This document shows positions 9,941 through 20,033 of a DNA stretch of 64,000 nt, in pieces. Source of the DNA: Rhodospirillales bacterium (GTDB taxonomy: Bacteria; Pseudomonadota; Alphaproteobacteria; Bin95); contig JAYQLI010000035.1 in the NCBI GenBank assembly GCA_038143065.1, positions 2,208,894 to 2,272,893 of the forward strand, in the 5' to 3' direction. Under the pieces are notes generated by a model, which was given only the letters and a program-made list of their open reading frames with translations, was not told the origin of the DNA and made no database searches. Made by a program: the position numbers and the translations under genes. Each line of letters opens with the position of its first letter. Within the stretch, counting starts at the first letter, position 1.

Positions 9941-11233
9941 ATGACTAGTGTGGTGGTCGTTGGCTCCCAGTGGGGCGATGAAGGCAAAGGGAAAATTGTT
10001 GATTGGTTAGCCGATCGAGCGGAATTAGTTGTTCGCTTTCAGGGTGGGCATAATGCTGGTCATACCATCCAAACGGGAGGGCAGACCTATAAACTCAGCT
10101 TGCTTCCCTCTGGTGTGACACGTGGATCTCTGTCTGTTATTGGAAATGGAGTGGTTATTGACCCTTGGGCTCTTTTTGAGGAAATCGATCGAGTGTCCGC
10201 TCAGGGTCTAAGCATAACTCCAGAAGTGCTGCGAATTGCTGACAATGCAACCGTCATTTTGCCCTTTTATGCGGATTTAGATAAAGCGCGGGAATTAGCT
10301 CGAGGAAAATCTGCAATCGGTACCACTGGCCGGGGCATTGGTATCGCTTACGAAGATAAGGTAGCACGTCGTTCAATACGAGTGATTGATCTGATGGAAC
10401 CAGAAACGCTAGAATTAAAGGTTCCTCCCCTATTAGATCATCACAACGCTCTAATGCGCGGCTTGGGGCAAGAAGAGATTTCAGGAACTAATCTGAAACG
10501 GCAGCTTCTGGAAGTGGGTGCTCGATTAGCTCCTTATGTGGAGGCAACATGGGATCGCGTAGAGCATTCAGCCCGGCAAGGTAAACGCATGTTGTTTGAA
10601 GGTGCCCAGGGTGCTCTTTTAGACGTTGATCATGGCACATATCCTTTTGTTACGTCCTCTAATACGGTGGCTGGAGCAGCTGCGGTTGGTTCTGGTCTTG
10701 GTCCAGGATCTGTTGGATATATTCTCGGTATTACAAAGGCCTACACGACCAGAGTTGGCTCTGGCCCGTTTCCGACTGAGCTGACCGATGATATTGGCCG
10801 CGGCTTAGGAGAGAGGGGTCGTGAGTTTGGAACGGTCACAAGCCGCGCGCGGCGATGTGGTTGGTTTGACGCCGTTCTGGTTCGACAAACTAGTAGGATA
10901 GGTGGAATCGACGGCATGGCTCTTACAAAATTAGATGTCCTTGACGGTCTTGATGAAGTAAAGATTTGCATCGCGTATGAAGATGCTTCAGGCAAACGCC
11001 ATGACAGATTGCCAGCGTCCATGAAATTACAAGCAGAGTGCCACCCTATCTATGAGACACTCAAGGGATGGAGTGCAAGTACGCAAGGTGCTCGAAGTTG
11101 GTTAGATCTTCCTGCTGAAGCAATAAAATATGTTCGTAGGATTGAAGAGCTAGTCGGAATTCCCGTTGCGTTGCTTTCGACGAGCCCTGACAGGGACGAT
11201 ACCATCATGGTCCGCGACCCCTACGAAAATTGA
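9941..11233 (+). CDS. purA: Adenylosuccinate synthetase
   Basis: [42 protein letters not shown]. Confidence 0.98.
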   Translation: MTSVVVVGSQWGDEGKGKIVDWLADRAELVVRFQGGHNAGHTIQTGGQTYKLSLLPSGVTRGSLSVIGNGVVIDPWALFEEIDRVSAQGLSITPEVLRIADNATVILPFYADLDKARELARGKSAIGTTGRGIGIAYEDKVARRSIRVIDLMEPETLELKVPPLLDHHNALMRGLGQEEISGTNLKRQLLEVGARLAPYVEATWDRVEHSARQGKRMLFEGAQGALLDVDHGTYPFVTSSNTVAGAAAVGSGLGPGSVGYILGITKAYTTRVGSGPFPTELTDDIGRGLGERGREFGTVTSRARRCGWFDAVLVRQTSRIGGIDGMALTKLDVLDGLDEVKICIAYEDASGKRHDRLPASMKLQAECHPIYETLKGWSASTQGARSWLDLPAEAIKYVRRIEELVGIPVALLSTSPDRDDTIMVRDPYEN

Positions 11234-11260
11234 GACTTATTAAAACAGTCTCAATTTTTT
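11226..11260. terminator. Probable bidirectional terminator between purA and the BVMO gene
   Basis: AAAATTGAGACT-9 nt-AGTCTCAATTTT(TT) inverted repeat between convergent genes. Confidence 0.6.
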
Positions 11261-11289
11261 CAGCATATAACTGGGAATACTCTCAACGG

Positions 11290-12909
11290 TCACGCAGAGA
11301 GTTCAAATCCCTCGTATCCGGCCTCAGCAACCTCATCACACTTCTTTTTATAAGTATGAACCCCGCCGACATATGGCATAAATATTCTTGGTTTTCCCGG
11401 TATATTTGATCCCATGTACCAAGAATTGGCCATGGGGTAGAGAGTTTGGTCGGCAACCCAATTATTGTGAGCAACCCAACCTTTCTCGGCTTCCTGGGTA
11501 GCAGTAATGCGACGATAGTTACTGCTTCGGAGGTGAACCAAACAGTTTGCAATCCAATCTACATGTTGTTCGCAAGACAAAATCATTTGGCTTTTAACAC
11601 CTGGGCTCTGAGGTCCTGTCACCATGAACAGATTAGGGAAGTCAGCCATCATAATGCCTAAATAAGTGGCCGGTCCATCTTGCCACTTGGTGTGAATATC
11701 CGCTCCCAAATCAGTACGAATATCAATCTCTTTCATCGCGCCTGTCATGGCATCAAAGCCTGTGGCAAAGATGATTGCATCCAGAATGTACTCTTTAGAG
11801 CCCGTTTTAATGCCAGTCTTTGTAATTGCCTGGATAGGATCCTTACGAATATTCACAAGATCTACATTTGGGCGGTTGTAGGTCTCATAGTAATTGGTGT
11901 CTAGGATAAGCCGTTTTGTCCCAATCGGGTGGTCATTGGGGCATAAGGCTTCAGCAGTTTCTTGATCTTTAACAGTTGTACGTATTTTGTTTCGAACGAA
12001 GTCTGACGCTGTATCGTTAGCTTCTTCATTTGTCAGGAGGTCTGTGAAGGAATACAGGAAGCTTATGCTGCCCCCCTCTTGCCATTTAGCTTCATAGATT
12101 GCGTTCCGCTCATCTTCTGAAACTTCCAATGCTGATTTTGTCGGTGGCGGATATCCGGCTATACCAAAAGGGGTATCATATGCTGCTTCTCGACGTTCCC
12201 GATTCGTGGCCTTATGGGGTTGTTCGCGGGCATCGGTCATTGGTTCATTGCGAGCAGGAAGGCTGAAATTAGCTGTCCTCTGAAACACGTAAAGATGTTC
12301 CGCCTGGGAAGCAATTATTGGAATTGATTGAACGCCTGACGATCCCGTCCCAATAATTCCAACACGTTTATTTTTAAAATCCACTCCTTCATGTGGCCAT
12401 AATCCAGTGTGGAACCATTCTCCTTCAAAATCATCGATGCCTTGAATGGACGGCTTTCTAGGCGTGGAAAGGTTACCTGTTGCCATGATGCAGTATGGTG
12501 CAGTTATGATCTCGTCCTTGTCTGTTTTAACCGTCCAGAGTCCTGTTTTGTCCTCAAACTGGGCCGATATCACTCGTGTTTTAAACTGAATATTACGACG
12601 TAGGTCAAAACGGTCAGCTACATGATTTACGTATTCTAGGATTTCTCCCTGATTGCCGTAGCGCTCTGGCCAATGCCAATCTTGTTCTAGCTCTGGATCA
12701 AATGAAAACGAATATTCGAGACTTTCAACGTCACAACGGCAGCCTGGATATCGGTTCCAGTACCATGTTCCTCCAACACCATCACCTGCCTCAAACGCTT
12801 TCACCTCAAAACCGAGGCCACGAAGTTTATGAATTGCATAAAGGCCAGCGACGCCTGCTCCTACGATGATGACGTCTAGGTTTTTTGTCGTTTGCTTCAT
12901 AATTTTCAC
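11290..12909 (-). CDS. Type I Baeyer-Villiger monooxygenase (cyclohexanone monooxygenase family)
   Basis: GAGVAG, GGTWYWNRYPG, FEGEWFHTGLWP fingerprint, GTGSSG, ATGFD. Confidence 0.93.
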   Translation of the reverse strand: MKIMKQTTKNLDVIIVGAGVAGLYAIHKLRGLGFEVKAFEAGDGVGGTWYWNRYPGCRCDVESLEYSFSFDPELEQDWHWPERYGNQGEILEYVNHVADRFDLRRNIQFKTRVISAQFEDKTGLWTVKTDKDEIITAPYCIMATGNLSTPRKPSIQGIDDFEGEWFHTGLWPHEGVDFKNKRVGIIGTGSSGVQSIPIIASQAEHLYVFQRTANFSLPARNEPMTDAREQPHKATNRERREAAYDTPFGIAGYPPPTKSALEVSEDERNAIYEAKWQEGGSISFLYSFTDLLTNEEANDTASDFVRNKIRTTVKDQETAEALCPNDHPIGTKRLILDTNYYETYNRPNVDLVNIRKDPIQAITKTGIKTGSKEYILDAIIFATGFDAMTGAMKEIDIRTDLGADIHTKWQDGPATYLGIMMADFPNLFMVTGPQSPGVKSQMILSCEQHVDWIANCLVHLRSSNYRRITATQEAEKGWVAHNNWVADQTLYPMANSWYMGSNIPGKPRIFMPYVGGVHTYKKKCDEVAEAGYEGFELSA

Positions 12910-12911
12910 TC

Positions 12912-13013
12912 CTATCCTGAGAGCGCATTATTAGTTGATGCTTTAAATAATACCTTGTCCAGCAAAATAGGATGCTCGATTCCAAACATGTCACAGATTT
13001 CTGTACGGATCAT
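12912..13013 (-). pseudogene. 5' remnant of a nitronate monooxygenase/FabK-like gene
   Basis: GAGG RBS, then MIRTEICDMFGIEHPILL; similarity stops abruptly and the frame ends after 33 aa. Confidence 0.6.
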
Positions 13014-13048
13014 TCTTTGCCTCTATTCGACATGATTTGAAATGAATC

Positions 13049-13474
13049 TTAAGAGATTACTCCATCACGAAGTGCTTGCTGACGCTCTAATTGAGGGCCT
13101 TTTCCTGGCATAACCATTTGCGTTTGGCTGACTACGGCTAACTTTTTACCTTCAGTATTGGTAATAACGGTTTGCCAAACTTGAGTGGTACGGCCCACAT
13201 GAATGGGTAGCGACTCCCCTATTAGTTTTCCTAGGGTTGCTCCTCGTAGGAAGTTTGTTTTTGATTCCAGGGTGGATGTTACACAACCATCCGGCAGATT
13301 CATAATAGCTCCGCGCGCTCCCAGTGTATCAGCAAAGGCCATGTATATGCCGCCATGGACGACCCCATTGCCATTGGAATGTTCATCGCCGGTAAGCATT
13401 TCGGCCAAAATACGAGATTTTGACGTTTCTATCCAATCGATTTTCAATGCCTCAATAAAACTTGTGTAGCTCAA
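13049..13474 (-). CDS. PaaI family thioesterase
   Basis: NGNGVVHGG, ADTLGA, TLESKTNFLR, HVGRTTQVWQ. Confidence 0.9.
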   Translation of the reverse strand: MSYTSFIEALKIDWIETSKSRILAEMLTGDEHSNGNGVVHGGIYMAFADTLGARGAIMNLPDGCVTSTLESKTNFLRGATLGKLIGESLPIHVGRTTQVWQTVITNTEGKKLAVVSQTQMVMPGKGPQLERQQALRDGVIS

Positions 13475-13542
13475 AACAAAACATCCTTTAAATTAAATGG
13501 TGGTTGTCCAAGAGTAAGCCTTTAAAATCGATGGACGAGTTA

Positions 13543-14895
13543 TTAAGCGCGCCCAATCAAGAGGCTCGGATCTGGTGCATTTGGAAGCTGTGCTGAAGGT
13601 ATGTAATTCGGCCGTTTCCACTCTAGACTGTCAAAAGCCCCTGCTGGACTTATAGCAGACCAATTAATCGCCACTGTTCCTGTTTCACGGCAAACCCACG
13701 CAGGGTCTGGGGCCGATATGGAGGCTTGTGCCATCCAGCTGCTTGCAGCAGTACTATTCCCGTCAGCTTTCAGCTCGATATCAGCCATTAAACGGCAAAC
13801 GCGAGCATCAGTATCACTTTCACTTAATTGGCGAATGTGGCTTCGTGCTTCTTCAAAGTGCCCAAACCTCACAGCCTCTCGAGCTAGCATTATCCGAGAT
13901 TCAGGGTGATCCATGTTTGTTGATGCAAGTGCTTTGAACTTAGCGAATTGTTTTTCAGATCGGTGTACCTCAATAGCGGCCTCAAAAATGGGAAGTAAAT
14001 TAGGATGTGGCGATAAATGCCAAGCTGAAGAAATAGCCTTTTCAGCTTTGCCAACTCTCCCAAAACGGATCTCCATTTCTGCATATTGTATAACAGCCGG
14101 TATGAAATTTGGCTCAGCGTTGTATGCCTCTTTCCCAAACAAAAGAGCCCGTTTTTCATCATTTTGAGCGGCACATTCGCGACTTGCTTCTATATCTACT
14201 ACAGCGCGCCAATGCTTCGCTTGTTGACTGTTTACTAATTTCTTACGTTCTAGCTGTCGCAGACTCTCTCGAGCTTTAATCCAATGCCTAGCAAGAGCTT
14301 GGACGCGAAAGAGTGACTCCAGAACCCAAGGTGTGCTGGGGTTCGTCTTATTTGCATTATCTAGCAAAGCTAAAGCCCGGCTGATATCCCCGTCACGCCG
14401 AGCTTGGTTGTAAAGTCCTTGCAAGCCTAGAAGCCTAGCCTCGTCAATTTCTGTCATCTCTTCAAAGAGATTAACAGCGATGGCAAACTCACCATTTTTT
14501 TCAGCTATTTGAGCAGCAAGCATTTTATTGAGTGCCTGATTGGGAGGTAAGCGAGCCTCCGCACGAATTTGCTGTTTTGACGCTTCTTTCATATCGCCCG
14601 TGGACAGAGCTACCATGCCGCGGGTCAGAGCTTTAAAGCCTTCTTCGTGCCGCCGCTGTCTTAAATTGCCTATTATTGCACGGGGCTTTTGCCACAGTGC
14701 CCAAATACCAAAATTCCATAGAATTAAAAAAATCAACAAAAGGCATGTTGCAGCGACGGCTACCTCATCAGGTGCATAGGGACCTACAATCCAGTTGCCC
14801 CAGGTCAATTCTATTTGAGTTGGTGCAGCGCTGAGAATTTGTACTGCCCAAATAAGTCCTGCCGTAACGGCAAAAAAAGCTAACGTTCCAACCAT
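13543..14895 (-). CDS. hemY: HemY-family membrane TPR protein
   Basis: Two N-terminal TM segments, ALTRGMVAL, WHLSPHP, DPAWVC...WSAISP...FDSLEW; in hemCD operon. Confidence 0.85.
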   Translation of the reverse strand: MVGTLAFFAVTAGLIWAVQILSAAPTQIELTWGNWIVGPYAPDEVAVAATCLLLIFLILWNFGIWALWQKPRAIIGNLRQRRHEEGFKALTRGMVALSTGDMKEASKQQIRAEARLPPNQALNKMLAAQIAEKNGEFAIAVNLFEEMTEIDEARLLGLQGLYNQARRDGDISRALALLDNANKTNPSTPWVLESLFRVQALARHWIKARESLRQLERKKLVNSQQAKHWRAVVDIEASRECAAQNDEKRALLFGKEAYNAEPNFIPAVIQYAEMEIRFGRVGKAEKAISSAWHLSPHPNLLPIFEAAIEVHRSEKQFAKFKALASTNMDHPESRIMLAREAVRFGHFEEARSHIRQLSESDTDARVCRLMADIELKADGNSTAASSWMAQASISAPDPAWVCRETGTVAINWSAISPAGAFDSLEWKRPNYIPSAQLPNAPDPSLLIGRA

Positions 14896-14898
14896 GAC

Positions 14899-16301
14899 CT
14901 AAGTTTCCCCTACCGCTGTCATGATAGCTTTTTCCAGGCCTCTGATGTCTTGAATTGCACTATGATTTGCCTGTGCCTTAGTCAGCCATTCACTAAAATA
15001 TGAAGCGTCGATGCCGTTTAGAATAGAAACTTCCTGTACAGCTTTTACGACATTACCTTTTTGCAGAGCTGCTTCCGCCCTTGAGGCAACGGCAGCAGGA
15101 CCATTCCCCAGTGTGGTTGGGCTTACCTGCCGGATCTTAAGTCGGTACACGACCTTTGATACCAACCAAGAAATCCATGACTCGTTTGGGTTTTTGGCAG
15201 TTTTTTGCCTACTACGACGAATTTTTTGAGCCACTTCCGCCATACCATCCTTTAATTGTGACGCGTTTGGCAGGCCTGAGGATGCAAATATTATCCATGA
15301 ACCAGTACGCAGAACTTCAGCGTTGGGAAGGGCTTTCTGCGCGCGCTCAAGCGCTGAATTAAAAGGCTGGCCTGTCTCTGCTGTTCTTCTAAGATCATTT
15401 AGAGCTAACAAGGCACGAATAGTCGGTTGTAAGATGGAAGATCCAGATTGAGGACCTAATTCAGCAGTTTTAACGTTCTCTTTTTCAAGCGCTGAATTGG
15501 AAATTTCCACCTCACCAGTAATGGATGGGTTGCTTCGGTCTAGTATTTTTTGAGCAGTTTTCGTTGAGTCAGCTGTATCTTGCTGGCTCTCTATAATAAC
15601 CATACGCTCTTCTATCGACTGAAGTGCTTTCCTGGCATCGTCCAGCGACTTGATAAAAGAAGAGGCAGTTTCATCTATTCGGGTTGCATTCAAGTTGGCT
15701 GTTTCTTGCGCCGATTTACTTGCCTTAAGTGCTTCATCCGCCTTTGGAGATTCTTGAACATGAATGGCAGTTTCCCGCTTCAGCTGTTCTACATCCACAA
15801 CCAGACCATCTAACTGTGATGTCCGGTTAGCTTTTGCATCGTTCATGGCAGCTTTTAAAGCTGCAACAGAGGCTTCTGTTTCCTTAAGTTTTGATTTTGT
15901 GGATGCTTGGTTAAGTTCAATAGCTTTAACTGCTGAGAAATTTTCCGATGATAGCTTTTCTGCGGCCGCTGCTTTATCCAAGCCAGCTTTTATGGGAGGG
16001 GCATCGCTCAACGATAACTGGTTCCTAAGAACCGATGGGTCAATTATTGAAATGTAAACAAGGGAACCAAAACCCAAAGTTAAAAACAGTAGCCATAGAA
16101 ATGTTACAGGACGCAATTTTTTGTGTTTTGGTTTTAATTTTGGGGTTGAATGGTCTTTGGAAACTTCTTGAAAGTTAGATTTGTTTTCGCCTTGATTTGA
16201 TGCCGTATTCTGGGAATCCTCCTTCTTGGGATATCCTCAAATTCAGTCTCGACCGGTGCCAATAGTAGATTGCTTTTTGGATCGACAGTATCGCTGTTCA
16301 T
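14899..16301 (-). CDS. COG4223/mitofilin-like membrane protein (frameshift near 16229)
   Basis: ATG overlaps the hemD TAA; TM segment then coiled coil; GQPF, RAEAALQKG, WLTKA; lies between hemD and hemY. Confidence 0.75.
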
Positions 16302-17059
16302 TATACTTCCTCAGCTCCATCCAATTCTCCTAAATTAACCGAATTTTCGGTAATCAATTTCGTAATTTCTGACGCTATGGGCTGCTTTGCTATCAGTATT
16401 TTGTGCCATGGCAGTATAGCTAAAGGCTCGGCCGCTCTCGGGCTTATAGCAACAGCAATAGTGTGGGTGATGGAATGCATAAGTGATGCTTTAGCAACCA
16501 GTTGAACAAATGTCTTGCTACTTTGTGACGAGAAGAAAGTTGCATAGGAAATGCTTCCAGATGCAAGGCCTGCTGCGCAAGAAGTTGGAAGAGATTTAGC
16601 AGGAGTAACTTTATAAAGACTTATGTGCTCGACATTAAAACCAGATTTTGTGAGTGGTTTTGTCAAATTGAAGCCTACTTGAACCCCGCTCACATGTAGC
16701 AGATTGCCCAAACTTGGACTCAGTTTAGTGATTATTAATTGGAGCAGATCTTCTCCGCTGCCATTCGCATTCTCAATGTTTTTGAACCCTAGTTTCTGGG
16801 CAGTATCAGCGGTCCTGGAACCGACTGCAAACAATGGAGTGGAGCGTATATCAGTTTGGTTTGCTAGCGCTCGCACCCCATTTGCGCTGGTCAATAAAAA
16901 AGCCTGAAAATTGCGGAAATTTGCATTTGGTTTTGGGGTAAATTCAACTGAAGAAAGCGACTCTACGAGAGGTTGGAAGCCAGCTCTGATAATTTTCCTT
17001 GCAAAATCGCTGGCGCCAGGCTCTGGCCGAGTTATCAAAATGACAGGAAGTTTACTCAC
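16301..17059 (-). CDS. hemD: Uroporphyrinogen-III synthase
   Basis: ILITRPEPG, TSANGVRA, FAVGSRTA; coupled to hemC. Confidence 0.92.
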   Translation of the reverse strand: MSKLPVILITRPEPGASDFARKIIRAGFQPLVESLSSVEFTPKPNANFRNFQAFLLTSANGVRALANQTDIRSTPLFAVGSRTADTAQKLGFKNIENANGSGEDLLQLIITKLSPSLGNLLHVSGVQVGFNLTKPLTKSGFNVEHISLYKVTPAKSLPTSCAAGLASGSISYATFFSSQSSKTFVQLVAKASLMHSITHTIAVAISPRAAEPLAILPWHKILIAKQPIASEITKLITENSVNLGELDGAEEV

Positions 17060-18000
17060 GGAAGGAATAAGGCCGCTTCGCCATTGGCCCGAAGTTCCGC
17101 GCCTGCGTCTTGGCCAAGAGCAATACTGTCGCTAGAAGACCCGAAGCGCTCAACTCTCCAGCTTTTCATTCCGTCTTCGCGGGCGAGCATAGCAGATAGC
17201 CGAAGGCCTCCGTTTTGATCAAGTTCTGCATGAGCTCCAATTGGAGTCCTGCAAGATCCGTCAAGTTCAGCTAAAAGTGCACGCTCTGTTTCTACAACAA
17301 TGGTTGATTCTGGGCATCCTATTTCAGCTAACATTTGACCAACAGCCTCATCATCTTGTCTTGCTTCTATACCAATGGCACCTTGTGCTGCCGCGGGTAT
17401 CATTAACGATGGTGATAAAATTTCCGTGATCACTTCCGGTTGCTTTAGCCGGTCAAGCCCAGCTTTAGCTAACAAAGTTGCTTCTGCTTCTCCTTTGGCC
17501 AACTTAGCCAAGCGCGTCCCAACATTACCGCGAAATGGAATGACGTTGAGGTCTGGTCGCACTGAAAGGATCTGTGCTTTTCGGCGCAGTGAAGATGTTC
17601 CTACTCGCGCACCTTTTGGCAAGTCCATTAAGCCCTTTCCACTATTGGAAATGAGCGCGTCCCTAGGGTCTGCTCGCTTTAGCACAGAAACGATTGCAAA
17701 GCCTTTAGGAAGTATAGTTTCCACATCCTTCATAGAGTGAACGGCAATATCTATTTTGTTAGCAGCCAAGGCTTCTTGAATTTCCTTGGCAAATAATCCC
17801 TTGCCACCAATATCTGCCAGCGGGCGATCCTGAATTTTATCACCAGCAGTCAGTATTTTGACTATTTCGATGCTGTTAGGTTCTGAAAACTCCGGGAACT
17901 TAGAGCGCAGTTCTTGGGCCACATGATTCGCTTGCCAAAGTGCTAATGGCGAACCTCGGGAGCCGATTCGAAGAGGGTTTTTAACGTCGAAAACTTTCAT
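17056..18000 (-). CDS. hemC: Porphobilinogen deaminase
   Basis: GSRGSPLALWQ, GGKGLFAKE, VHSMKD, GTSSLRR, GSCRTPIG. Confidence 0.98.
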   Translation of the reverse strand: MKVFDVKNPLRIGSRGSPLALWQANHVAQELRSKFPEFSEPNSIEIVKILTAGDKIQDRPLADIGGKGLFAKEIQEALAANKIDIAVHSMKDVETILPKGFAIVSVLKRADPRDALISNSGKGLMDLPKGARVGTSSLRRKAQILSVRPDLNVIPFRGNVGTRLAKLAKGEAEATLLAKAGLDRLKQPEVITEILSPSLMIPAAAQGAIGIEARQDDEAVGQMLAEIGCPESTIVVETERALLAELDGSCRTPIGAHAELDQNGGLRLSAMLAREDGMKSWRVERFGSSSDSIALGQDAGAELRANGEAALFLP

Positions 18001-18094
18001 CTTGAGTGTTGGTATACCTGTCGTGCAGGACTTGCGGAAGTGATGAAGCTTGAGGAGAATTATAGTTTCTAAAAGAGCGTCGAGGAATTCTCAT

Positions 18095-19309
18095 ATGTCG
18101 GGCCAAATTTTTGAGGGATTAAAGGTTATTGATTGCGCTAGTTTTATAGCTGCTCCAGTCGCCGCAACGTTTATGGCCGACTTTGGTGCAGATGTTGTTA
18201 AGATAGAAGCTCCTGGGGGTGACCCTTACAGGTCGTTGTATCAAGGCCCAGGAATGCCGGTTGCTGATTTTGACTATGCATGGTTTGCTGACAATCGTTC
18301 AAAACGCGGTATTTGTCTTGATCTCAAGCAGGTTAGCGCACGTGAGATTCTTTTAAAGCTTGTTGCCGAAGCAGATGTCTTCGTTACTAATTTTCCCTTT
18401 CCCGTTAGGGAAAAATTAAAACTTCGTTATGAAGACCTTATAAGCGCCAACCCAAAATTAATTTATGCGTCACTTACAGCATATGGGGAAGAAGGCGAGG
18501 AGGCTAATAAGACAGGTTTCGACTCTACCGCACTATGGGCGCGATCCGGTTTAATGGACATGATAAAATCTTCGCCTGACGAAGCCCCAGCTCGCTCCGC
18601 TCCCGGGATGGGTGATCATCCTACCGGCACAGCCCTTTTCGCAGGAATTGCTATGGCCCTATACCAAAGGGAGAAGACAGGTGAGGGCTCCTACGTATCG
18701 AGTTCGTTAGTTGCTAATGGGGCCTGGTGGAATTCATTTTATTTACAGGCAGCGCTCAGTGGTGCCGAAATTCCAGTGAGGCCGCATCGGGATGAGTGGT
18801 TCAATGCATTATCAAATCACTACCGATGTAAGGATGGGCGTTGGTTCATTTTGGCATTGGTGAATGAAATGCGACAGATTGATTGGTTTATTAAAGCAAT
18901 TGATAGACCTGATATTATTGAGGACCCACGTTTCAAGACACTAGAACTTCGCAAAAAAAATGCAAAAGCTCTGACCAAAATTTTGGATGATGTTTTTATC
19001 AAGAAGGACTGGGAAGAGTGGCGTCAGATTCTGGGCAATCATGGAATAACCTTTGGTGTTGTTCGTAAAACGTCAGATATTCCAAAGGACCAAACATTTG
19101 AGGATGCTGGAGCGGTGATTGACGCCGGAGTTGGGAACCCCGCAACTAAAACCATTGGCACACCCGTTTTCATGCGAGGTCATTAAAAAGCACCTGTTCG
19201 ACCAGCTCCTTCGGTGGGGCAACATAATAATGAGATTTTGGCAGAGCTAGGTTATTCTGCCAACGAAATAGCCAACCTCCGTGCGGGGGGCGCAATTCAA
19301 GATGGGTAG
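18095..19309 (+). CDS. Class III CoA-transferase (CaiB/BaiF), in-frame TAA at 19184
   Basis: ADFGADVVKIE, NRSKR, GEG..VSSSL; the frame continues past the TAA into APSVGQHNNEILAELGYS. Confidence 0.9.
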
Positions 19310-19312
19310 TAT

Positions 19313-20020
19313 TTGAGCATGAAGAATGATTTGGACCTTCAGAATGCGCTGAAAACTGTTTTCGATTCTGATTCCGCTCTTTATCAAAACAGAGGTTTTC
19401 AGAGACGCATCGGTTATGGCACAAGACCTGCAGTTGTGAATATTGACCTTGCCAATGCTTGGACGCGTCCTGGTCATGCCTTCACTTGTGCGAATTGTGA
19501 TGAAATCATTGAGGCAACCAATCGCGTTTTGAAGCCCGCACGTGACCTGAAAATTCCCATCATTTTCACAACAACAGCCTATGCTGTCACAGAGGGTCCA
19601 AATACGGACATGGGAATGTGGGGGCGGAAAATTCCTTGCGAGACTCTCAAGATAGGAAGCGAGGCAGTAGAAATCGATAGTCGTCTCAATGTGCGGTTGG
19701 ATGAGCATATCATAATTAAAAAGCGAGCAAGTGCATTCCATGGCACCATGCTAGCGGGTTTGCTGAGAGCCGCAGACGTGGACACCGTTATTATCACAGG
19801 AACTACTGCAAGCGCGTGCGTACGAAACACCGTCGAAGACGCTATCGCTGAGGGTTTTCGCCCCATCGTGCCGCGTGAGACGATAGGAGATCGTATTGCT
19901 GGTGCTATTGAATGGAACTTATTTGATATAGATGCAAAATTCGGAGATGTAGAGCCTGTTGAAAACGTGGTTCGTTATCTTGAGGGTTTGAATGGTGCTC
20001 CCAGGAAAGCCGTCGAATAA
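19313..20020 (+). CDS. N-carbamoylsarcosine amidase (isochorismatase family)
   Basis: RIGYGTRPAVVNIDLANAWT, KRASAF, ACVRNTVEDAIAEGFRP, WNLFDIDAKFGDV; closely resembles the Arthrobacter enzyme as recalled. Confidence 0.8.
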   Translation: MSMKNDLDLQNALKTVFDSDSALYQNRGFQRRIGYGTRPAVVNIDLANAWTRPGHAFTCANCDEIIEATNRVLKPARDLKIPIIFTTTAYAVTEGPNTDMGMWGRKIPCETLKIGSEAVEIDSRLNVRLDEHIIIKKRASAFHGTMLAGLLRAADVDTVIITGTTASACVRNTVEDAIAEGFRPIVPRETIGDRIAGAIEWNLFDIDAKFGDVEPVENVVRYLEGLNGAPRKAVE

Positions 20021-20033
20021 GGAATTATGAAAA

